DNA from: Botryllus schlosseri
Taxonomy: Eukaryota
Assembly: GCA_051294905.1 (NCBI GenBank)
Contig: CM119379.1
Coordinates: 20,460,001-20,524,000, forward strand
Length of the DNA stretch: 64,000 nucleotides
Direction of reading: 5' to 3'
Positions within the stretch are counted from its first letter, which is position 1, and every line of letters starts with the position of its first letter. Shown piece after piece: positions 21,707-31,200 of this stretch. Made by a program: the position numbers and the translations under genes. Under the pieces are notes generated by a model. That model was not told the DNA's origin, made no database searches, and saw nothing but the letters and a program-made list of their open reading frames with translations.

Positions 21707-24700
21707 ATGGAATATCATCGCCATTCATCACCTACGCGAAGCACTGGTATGGCGACATCGTATAATATGGACCGAAACGCAATTATATCGAAATTGCGTG
21801 CGGATTTAACACATAGCAGAAAGTCTTTACAAATCGCTATGGATGATATAACCATTAAAGATGCAACGATCGATGAATTACGAGTCACCTTGACCTCATT
21901 CGAGAAAGATCTGGCACAGCGTACCCAAGAGAAGGAAGATAGCAACAAAGCCTCAGAAAGGCAAAAGCTAGAATTGCAAAAAGAGCGGGATCATAAATCT
22001 TCACTGGAAGATGAAATGAAGGAATTGCGCAAGGATAGTGCACGTTTGACTCAGAAAAACAAAAAATTAGAAGACCAAGTCGCTCTTTTGCAAGCAATCA
22101 TCAGTGATACCCGTTACACTAGTCAGGAGCAAAGTACTTCCATGAAAACTGAACTGTCCCGCAAAGACCAAACATTGGACAAATTAAGAAAAGATTATGC
22201 AGCAGCCGAGAATGAATTATCGTGCGTTCAGTCACGCATTACAAACACGGAAGCCGAGCGTGATAATGCTAGACTTGAACGGGACACTGTCAGAAAAGAA
22301 CTTGCTGATGCAAAGTCTCGTCTTGCGTTTTTGGAGAATGAAATCAAAGAGACAAGAGTGAATATGATCCAGGCGCAAACAAGCAGTAGAACTCTCAAGG
22401 AGGATTTAGATGCTACAAAAACTACGTCCAAAGATGAGCTCCAGAGCATGAGCAGCGAACTTGACAGCTCAAGGAGAGAAGTTGAAAATCTGACTTTTAA
22501 ACTTGAGAAAACAAAACGCGAAGCAGACGAGTATGTTGAACAGTTCAAGAACACGTCAGATTTACTTGAAGCTACGCAACGGCAACTGTCTGAGCTCTCT
22601 GATGCCTTTTCGAAAAAGGAAAAAATCATTTTGGATATGGAGAGTGTTCTTCTGAAAACACAAGAAGAGAATCGGAAGTTATCCGACGACATCTTTAGAC
22701 GGGATAAGGCGATTCAGATTCTAGAAATGAGCCTTGAAAAGAACAAAAATATGTACAAAAATCAGATGGAAGAGAATGGAAAACTGCAAACACGCCTACA
22801 AGCGATGCAAATAACCACAGAAAGTGAGAAAGACACCCTTTCCAGTGATGTAGCTCGAAAAGACGAACTTGTCCACCGAATGAAACTGGAACAATTGTCT
22901 TTGGAAGATAAACTAAACAATCTTGAAGAGAAGTACAAAACCAATGAGAAACTAAAAGCACAACTCCAAAGCCAGCATTCTGTCGCGCTGGGCGAAATAC
23001 GTGCCAGGGATGATACCATTAATGATTTACAGCAGCGGGTTAAAAATCTTCAAAAACTACATTCAGATGCAGAAGATGAAGGGTTGTCTCTGAAAGATGT
23101 AATGAGAGCGCTAGAAGTTGATGCGAAGAACGCAAACGACGCGCTTGAAACCGCTAAAAAGACAATCGACTTGAAAAATGAAGTTATCCAAGAGCAGCGT
23201 AAAGACTTGTCTAACTTGCAGTATCAGCAGAAGGAACTGCTGAAGCGGCTAGCTAGTCGTGACGACATGTTGCATAAAGTGACTGTTGAAGCAACAAAAC
23301 TGAAAGAGAACTACCATTCGGCATTGGCCACCTCAGAAAAGCACTCTGACACTGTCATGCTCTTGGAGGACGAACTTGCAAAAGCGCGAGTCGATTTTGA
23401 TGAAACACAAAGAGCGACAGATGATGAGGTGCTGAAGCGAGAGCATTTAATATCAGAATTAGAAGGCGAATTGCAAACTGCTCAAAAACGCTACCAATCT
23501 TGCTATCAAGAGCTTTTAAAACAAGAAGACATTGTCGCTAGACTTAGGGAAGACGCCGCCAAACGATCGGAGAAGCTCTTCGCCGATAATAAAGAATTGA
23601 CTAAGCTTCGTGAATACAAACATAAAATGGAGCTTGAGTCTGTGGTTCTATCAGAAAAGCATAAAACAGCACAAGAAGAAGTAGCCAGTAAAGACCAACA
23701 AATGATGAAGCTGAAAAACGAAATGAACACGATGAGAGAAAAATACGATGGAATGCAAGAAGAGACGCAGATGCAGGAGAATGAAATCGAAAAATTGAGT
23801 GCCTCCGTGAGGCAGCTGACCGGAGAAAATAAAGACTTGAAGGATGCTAACGACCAAAAATATGCGCAAGGGAAACAGGATAAAGCGGCCATCATGGATT
23901 TGAAGAAAAAGTTGGCTAATTGCGAGCAAGAATTGAGAGTGCAGAGTAAGTCGTGCGAACATTTACGGCACGAATTTGACGCTTTAAAGAAAGACTCTGC
24001 CGTCGACATTAAAACCGCACAAGATGATAAAGAGAAAGTGCAGCAAGAGCTCAGCAACGCCCAAATCGCTTTGAAAGATGCGGAATACGAAACTTCGGGT
24101 CTGAAGCAACAGTTGGAGTGCTTCAAAAGAGAGTTGGAAGAGGCGAAACGCGACCATCAATCTGTTCTGGATGAAGTGGTGAAGTACGAAGATTCGATTA
24201 AGCAAAAAGAAGACGAAGCTTGCAGTATGCAGAGGCAGATTGCGATCGCGGAAGATGAGGCAACGGCGCTAAAAGAAGCCCTCGAAACCGTCACGCAACA
24301 GATGAACGCGCTGAGAGTCAGGCACGATGAAACGATCAACAGACTAGGCGATACGCAGAAAGATCTGCAAGGCATCGAATGGAGATTGGAAGTTGCCTCT
24401 TCGGAAGTGACTCAAAAGGATAATTTGATAGAGAGACTGAAAGCAGACTTGACTGCAGTGCAAGAGGAAGGCAAAACTCACAGACAACAGGTTTCGACGT
24501 GCGAAGATGTAATCGAGCAGTTGACGATAGAGTTGCAGAAAACGCAAGATGAGTTGCATGAAGTGAAAGTTGATATGGACGTGCACGATGATACGGCTGC
24601 GAATTTGAAGCGGAGGCTATCTATTAAACAAGACGAATTGCTTCGAGCAGAAGAAGAAATTCATAAAACTAGAGTGGAAATGGAAGACTACCAAGCCACA

Positions 24701-27205
24701 CATTTTCATCACAATGAAGCGGTCGCCGAAAAGCAAGACCGTCTGAATGCGTTAGAAAGAGAGATAGCGGAATTACAGGGAGTTATTGCAGAAAAACAAC
24801 AACAGATCGATAATGAGAGAAAAGCGTCTCACGAGCTAAAAACCGAAATCGCAACCGTGCGCGAACAAAGGACCAGCTCGGAAAACGAAATAAAAAGACT
24901 GGAAAAAAATCTCGGAGACACACAACGGCAACTCGAGAAAGACGAAGCGCGGTGGAAAAGCGAGAAAGAAGACGAGATGTCAAAGGTCGTGACTCTCAAT
25001 AAAAAAATGGAGCAAGAAAAAATGGCGAACGAGCGTTACAGGCAAGAAATCAATCAGAGAGACTGTCTCGTCGACAAGTTAAAAGCCGAGTCGCTGTCGC
25101 AACGCGAGAGTATCTCCAGGAAAAACGGAGAAATCGAAGTGTTGGAAGAGACCTGCAATCAACTACGAGTACAACTGGATCGATCCGTTAGGGACAAGGA
25201 AATATTGGACTCGAAGACGCAAGAAGACTCGAAAGAGCTGGAAGAGTTGATAACCACGTTGGAAGATACCCGATCCCAATACCGACACTGCGCTCAGGAG
25301 TTGGCTCATCACGAAGAGAAAGTAATTTTAATGGAGCAGAGCTTGTTGTCAACGCAAGAAGATCTGACAGACAAAGTCACCCAGATCGCGCAATCCGAAA
25401 ATCTGATGAAGCGACTCAAGTCGGAGCTGAAGCATAAGCGCGAGAGTTGCAAAGCGGCCGTGCAAGCCAGCGAAGAAAAGGATCGCATTATAGGGAAATT
25501 GAAACTAGATTTAGATGAAGCGAGGCAGATACAAAATTCTAGCTCTGAAGAAAATGTACGTCAGCAAGACGCTGTTAGACGGTTAGAAGAAGATGCAGTC
25601 GATGCAAAGGCACGACTGCGTAATTTGCAACATGAAATGAAAGAAAAAGAAGCAGCGTTCAATGCGCTTCAATTGAATTTGGAAAATGAGAAAAAAATGA
25701 AACTAGAATGTACCGACGAAATTCTCAAACTCAAGAGTCAAATTTCAGAATTAAGGTCTTGCTCGGACGGAGTCGAGCGACAAAAAGCTGATAAGCAACA
25801 ACAGTTGCGGGACACTCAAAATCAAGTTCTTCGTATTCAAGATGCGCTCAGCGAAGCAGAGTATAAACTCAAAATGGCGAGGGAGAATATTCAAGAAAAA
25901 GACAATATCATCAACGAAAGAAATTGCGAGTTGGAAGCGGCGAAAATGCAAAATAAAATGCGTAACAAGGAAATAGAAAAGTATGAAGACAACATCGAAA
26001 GTTTGCAAAAGGATCTTGAAGCCAGCCAAGAAGAATATAGGGAGTGTCACAAGCAATTTTTAGAGGTTACCCAAAAATTACACGATCTCAACATGAAGAT
26101 ATCTACCGCCGAAGGCACGCAAAAAGAATCTCTCGATCAACTGGGAGAAAGCTGTAAGAAGAACGCCGAACTGAAAGCCGAAATCCAGAAACTGTGGTTG
26201 GATAATCAATCGCTGGCGCAAGAAGTAGGTGCGTACGAGGAGAAGCAACAAAAAATGCGAGAAGAATTGAAAAAAGTGGGAGGCCTCCACAAAAGATTGG
26301 AGAAAGAAGCAAACAAATACGAAGATACCTTGAAAAATGTTACGGAAGAGCTTGAATTGGTGCAAGACAAACACAGACAAGCAGTCAGAGATCTGGCGAA
26401 AAAGGAAGAGCAGTTAGTCGTGGCGAAAGTTGAGTTATCAACGGTACAAGACCGATATCACAAATGCGCGAAACAAAACGAATCTTTGAAAATGCAGTTG
26501 GACATGTTGGAAGAAAAACACGCGTACGCCAATCATGAAATGGAAGGACTCGGTCGGTCGCTGCAAGAGGCGAAACATAACAACTCGAAATTGCGTAGCG
26601 AAAGTGAAGCGGTCGTAGAGAATGTCAACACGTGGGTGAAAGAACAAAAGCAGACCAACGACCAATTAGCCGCGCGTCTCCACGATCAAACCAAAGACCT
26701 CGCGCACGTCACTGCCGAGCGGGATCACTTGCAGGATTTGACACGGAAACTAGACGACGAAGTAACTCAGCTTAGATCCAAGGTCTCGACGTTGGAAGTG
26801 GACGCGAATAAAAGCAGAGCCTTGCAAAAACATTCCGGGGAGCAGCAAGTATTCATTAAACAGTTGCGGGATCGATTAGCGGACTCCGAGAAAGAACAGG
26901 AGAATATCATAGCCGAGAAAAATGTGGCTTTGGAAGATTTGCATCGTAGACTGCAACAAAACGTCGACTCGATTCAACAGTTAAACCAGCAACTCAACAA
27001 CCTGAACAAAGAGAACGTGCGGCAAAGGAATATTGTCGAGCAAGAGGTCGGTACTAGGAGAGCCCTGGAGGATCAAGTGCAACGGAAAGAGGAACAGATT
27101 TTTCAACTTCAGTCACAATTGGATTCCTTTTCGACGCAAAAATCGTCGCCTAGTAATGTCAGGCGCTTTGATAAACCGTTATATGGAAGCTACCTTCAGG
27201 GGTGA
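21707..27205 (+). CDS. Giant coiled-coil protein (1832 aa), PMFBP1/CCDC18-like, encoded by one uninterrupted ORF
   Basis: 5.5-kb stop-free ORF, E/K/Q/L-rich with continuous heptad character. The C-terminal segment VVENVNTWVKEQKQTNDQLAARLHDQTKDLAHVTAERDHL resembles the PMFBP1 C-terminal motif (W-K-QK--NEKLG-QLREQ---IA-L-GEKDHL), recalled from memory. The CDS itself is certain; the family assignment is moderate. Confidence 0.8.
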   Translation: MEYHRHSSPTRSTGMATSYNMDRNAIISKLRADLTHSRKSLQIAMDDITIKDATIDELRVTLTSFEKDLAQRTQEKEDSNKASERQKLELQKERDHKSSLEDEMKELRKDSARLTQKNKKLEDQVALLQAIISDTRYTSQEQSTSMKTELSRKDQTLDKLRKDYAAAENELSCVQSRITNTEAERDNARLERDTVRKELADAKSRLAFLENEIKETRVNMIQAQTSSRTLKEDLDATKTTSKDELQSMSSELDSSRREVENLTFKLEKTKREADEYVEQFKNTSDLLEATQRQLSELSDAFSKKEKIILDMESVLLKTQEENRKLSDDIFRRDKAIQILEMSLEKNKNMYKNQMEENGKLQTRLQAMQITTESEKDTLSSDVARKDELVHRMKLEQLSLEDKLNNLEEKYKTNEKLKAQLQSQHSVALGEIRARDDTINDLQQRVKNLQKLHSDAEDEGLSLKDVMRALEVDAKNANDALETAKKTIDLKNEVIQEQRKDLSNLQYQQKELLKRLASRDDMLHKVTVEATKLKENYHSALATSEKHSDTVMLLEDELAKARVDFDETQRATDDEVLKREHLISELEGELQTAQKRYQSCYQELLKQEDIVARLREDAAKRSEKLFADNKELTKLREYKHKMELESVVLSEKHKTAQEEVASKDQQMMKLKNEMNTMREKYDGMQEETQMQENEIEKLSASVRQLTGENKDLKDANDQKYAQGKQDKAAIMDLKKKLANCEQELRVQSKSCEHLRHEFDALKKDSAVDIKTAQDDKEKVQQELSNAQIALKDAEYETSGLKQQLECFKRELEEAKRDHQSVLDEVVKYEDSIKQKEDEACSMQRQIAIAEDEATALKEALETVTQQMNALRVRHDETINRLGDTQKDLQGIEWRLEVASSEVTQKDNLIERLKADLTAVQEEGKTHRQQVSTCEDVIEQLTIELQKTQDELHEVKVDMDVHDDTAANLKRRLSIKQDELLRAEEEIHKTRVEMEDYQATHFHHNEAVAEKQDRLNALEREIAELQGVIAEKQQQIDNERKASHELKTEIATVREQRTSSENEIKRLEKNLGDTQRQLEKDEARWKSEKEDEMSKVVTLNKKMEQEKMANERYRQEINQRDCLVDKLKAESLSQRESISRKNGEIEVLEETCNQLRVQLDRSVRDKEILDSKTQEDSKELEELITTLEDTRSQYRHCAQELAHHEEKVILMEQSLLSTQEDLTDKVTQIAQSENLMKRLKSELKHKRESCKAAVQASEEKDRIIGKLKLDLDEARQIQNSSSEENVRQQDAVRRLEEDAVDAKARLRNLQHEMKEKEAAFNALQLNLENEKKMKLECTDEILKLKSQISELRSCSDGVERQKADKQQQLRDTQNQVLRIQDALSEAEYKLKMARENIQEKDNIINERNCELEAAKMQNKMRNKEIEKYEDNIESLQKDLEASQEEYRECHKQFLEVTQKLHDLNMKISTAEGTQKESLDQLGESCKKNAELKAEIQKLWLDNQSLAQEVGAYEEKQQKMREELKKVGGLHKRLEKEANKYEDTLKNVTEELELVQDKHRQAVRDLAKKEEQLVVAKVELSTVQDRYHKCAKQNESLKMQLDMLEEKHAYANHEMEGLGRSLQEAKHNNSKLRSESEAVVENVNTWVKEQKQTNDQLAARLHDQTKDLAHVTAERDHLQDLTRKLDDEVTQLRSKVSTLEVDANKSRALQKHSGEQQVFIKQLRDRLADSEKEQENIIAEKNVALEDLHRRLQQNVDSIQQLNQQLNNLNKENVRQRNIVEQEVGTRRALEDQVQRKEEQIFQLQSQLDSFSTQKSSPSNVRRFDKPLYGSYLQG

Positions 27206-28239
27206 TTTTGTAATTTGACATTGTTGTGATAGTGACCGCACTAGCGTACAACTAGCTGTATACACATTGGGATAGTTTTATTTATGACACACTGTTCGAT
27301 ACTATTACGAGTTGCCTTCATGGAGCATAATTTAGGATTCTGTTCATATATCACTGTACCTTTTTGAGTGTACCTCACTTATTTAGACACAAAATTTACA
27401 AACTTGCCTTCACAATCAAAACACTGTAGATAAGTACATAGATTTTTTATCTCGTTATATCTTTCTTTTATTTGTAGCCTCATTCGCTAATCATGGTATC
27501 TGTCCACAAATTTCAACACCGAATTTCCTACGAAATGCAACATAGAAAATATTAACAATCCATACCACTTTTAGCTTCTATTGATGCGTTGCTGCTATTT
27601 TGCACTGTAAATATGATTTATAATTATGTTGGTACTAGTATTATGCATTTTATCTGTGATAGACATTGCGGTAATAAGCCTGTTTGTTGTGGTTATCTCA
27701 CACCTAATTTTTCATGTGAGAAACTTGTTGTGGACGGGAGCAAATGTTTGGAATGTGTACCATCTGTCTTGTGTCGTACTTGATATGCAACTGTTTACTA
27801 TATGTGCACATATGTTCAATTATTTGATGCCAGACAAAGTCAACATAAAGCTTAGTCGAACACTAGCGATCTATGATGTTGGGTTATGTTTGCATGGTCA
27901 TACGGTACCAAGTATGTGTAATCATATGAACGTAAACTGTAACATTTCAGCTATTTTTTGCTGTAATATCCAGGTGAACACCAAATTAATTCGGTTTGGT
28001 TAAATATTTTATGTGTTGTATCCTCAGTTGTGTGGTAGGGGAATGTCTTATGCATGTAATAATAAGGTATAATGCTTTTCTATATCTCTTAGGCGTAGTA
28101 GTTTAGCTCTGTTCAACTGTGTATTTTGCTCTTTGTGTGTTGTCAGTATCAATGAATTGTGTTTTCTGTCAGATTTTAGAAGCGGAGGAATTCATTAGGC
28201 CTAAAGTGTTTGCATAAGACTCCATTCGGACATTCAAGT

Positions 28240-31200
28240 ATGACTGAAGATCTCCTGAAAGAAGCTCTGCCTGAGCCTTGGACTTTCGGAGTCACAAACG
28301 ATGGCAGGATTTTCTTCATCAAGTACGATGGTTTCCTTGTCTTTCGTATTCGTGGGGATTCTGTGTATGGCATATCACTCATTATACCAGCTAATGTTGA
28401 AATAACAAACCCCTGCTCTTGACATAATATTCTCTTATTTACTCACTGGAGGAACAATTGAATAAATTGAGTGTGGCCAGTCAGTAATGTAAATAGAGTA
28501 TGGTGATAGCTGAATGCTTTGTAGATATACCTCTGTCTGTGAGTTGAGACGGTATTCCGGTATTTATAACAAACCTGTATGCTGTCTATGCCTTTACAAC
28601 AAGCCATTTGAGCCGCCCTCATAATTACCGAAATTTGCTGTCATTTCAATGGTATTTTTACAAGTAATTACAAAAATAATTTCTGTAATGTAATGATTGA
28701 CTATCACCCTATCACCCTATCACCCTATGGTCATAGTTTCCATGTAATGCTATTGGAAATGAAATATGTTAATTTTTCTGCAACTGTGTACGATGGAGGC
28801 GTAACCATGATGTAGAAAAGATGAAGGTTACCCTTCCCTTTTCTTTAACGTTAAATTGTCATTGAGATTGTGATGTCGCATTGAAGTTTTCACTTCGGTT
28901 ATATACAGCATCGAAATATTTTGGCCCTAATCTTTTTAATTTTTTGTTGCTGAACCTGGGCCATCATCCCCATGGCTTGAAGCAAGTTTTACCATGAATG
29001 ACTTAAATCCTCTTAATCTATTTCAGTGATGAGGAAAAGAAGACCACATGGCTCCATCCTGACACTGGAGAAGCAGTACGCAGTGGTTATAGACATCGGC
29101 AAGGTAGCCTACTGTAAAATTTTTAAAATTGTTCTAAAGATACTTAGTCGAATGCATTATGGTCTATTTATTCTTATTTTTGCTGCTTCCATCCAGACTA
29201 CAACCGGCTGTTTTCATTCATTATGGCCTAACAAGTCCAAATGTATTTCTATTCAGACCTTCCTAAAGGATGGGAAGAAGGATTTACTGACGCCGGTTCA
29301 CCATACTATGTCAAGTATGTTTTTGCTGTTTTTAGTCCCGTTTTTGCATTATATTTAAGTCGTATAATTCATAGAAAATCTCCATTCTCTAATCTACAAA
29401 AGACGTCATTCTAGGGGAAATCTATACGGTATCCTTACAACTCGTATATTGGTCTACACAGCGAATAATATCACCACCCGTTCACCGCTATACCCGTGGT
29501 ACCGTTGATTTTGTTATAACCATTAATTGTGTCACAACTCACAACCCCGACTGTTTAAAAATCTGAGTGGAATGGCCGTCTCGCGAATAAATTGTAATAT
29601 CGTCAACTTGGTGACGCCACAATGTTTCAAAACCGAAAGTCGGTTCAGGAGTCTCATTTAGTTTTTTTTCTTTTCACGTAGCGCTTGCGCTCGCAGTCAT
29701 TAGCCAAAGTGTTTTGATCTTGCTGATTACCGGTATTCTGTTCGTAATTTCTGAATACACCAGAGATTTGTAGACGTTTTACCCTCTGCCTGTCGGAAAA
29801 GGTTAGCTCACGTCTTGTTTGTTATTCGCACACTGTAGTAGGTGGATTTGTTTGCCGATTCCGGACTGCCCGCCGCAATTCAAACTTTAATTCCTTTGTA
29901 AGCAGTTTTTTTGATACAAACTGCTATTGTTGAGTAGCGTCCTACGCCTTGCGCTGGGGGATTATTCCTAGGAATGTGATATCGAAAAGGCCACTTTATT
30001 GTGTGGTACGACAGCGACGTCCCGTACATTATAATTTAAACGCGGTGTGGGACATGTGTCGTATCGCGCTTGACGGGTATTATAAGTTACTGTGTTCGTC
30101 GGCCGTATTCAACCTTTCAATGTCACTTGGCAATATGGTACGCGCGGTTACATAACCACAATTGTAATTCAGTACTGTGGAGTGTCGACGCGCTGTTAAT
30201 TTATGCTTTATGCGCCAATTGGGTTTTAACAGCCAACTTCCTTTGGTTCAATATAGGGTTCGTTTGATCGTGTAACTGTGTGACGCTGATTGTTTTTATT
30301 CAATTCTCGTGACTGTCACCGCTGTTATTTTGAGGGTGCTCCACCCTCTACACAGTGTCGGTACACAGTGCCGTGATCTCTTTTCAAGTCGTAATGGCGA
30401 AACTAAGGAAGCCCCATGAATTCAAATTTGTTAAATGTACGGAATAGCTGACATGCCATTGCTTATGTCAAGGGCGGGGAACTCTTTAAACCCTTACAGT
30501 CAGCGTAAGTCATACGAAAATAGCGTATTAAGACACGACAAAGCTCTTGGAGAATTTTAGATGTACCCATGACCTCAGCAATACCACCGTTGTGAAATAT
30601 TCGAAATACACATTCGGTTGTCTTTCTCACGCTGTTTTATTTATCAACGGGAGGAGCAATTCTAACGTCACAATCAAGAATCAGTGACCTATTTTCGAAG
30701 GCTCCTTGGTCCCTGTTTGACTATAGATTACTAACGTAGGTATTGGTAGGTTAGTTTCTTAGTTATCTAAAATGTCACACTCGTAATTGAAAATATGAAA
30801 CTTCCGAGAATCTATGTCAAGACGGAACAAGTACATGGCCATTGGAATGGTCATCCTTCTTCGGCAGACATACTTGGACATATTCTGCGATGCATTAACT
30901 TTGTCAGTGCTTTCACACTAAATTGCCATTTCGTTTCTGCCATTACCGAAAACTGTCCGGGTGTCGCACGGAATCCAGTCGCTCGCCGTATGGTGTTCGC
31001 CCTTCTGGTACCGCTAAGGCACTACTGTGATGTTGGATTTTTTAAGTGTTGTTGATTCGCGTTAGCATCAGTAGCTCATTCAATTTTTATTATAACAACT
31101 CCGGTGCTTAAAGTTCCGTGTGAGCTCAAAGCTGGTTGATGATAAAACTTTGTGGTAAGTTTACTTACGTGTTGTCAAATGCCGACTCGATTTCAGACGA

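Noticed and set aside
21715-26665. Numerous S/F/L-rich minus-strand ORFs up to 206 aa
   Set aside because: Antisense shadows of the E/K/Q-rich coiled-coil ORF.
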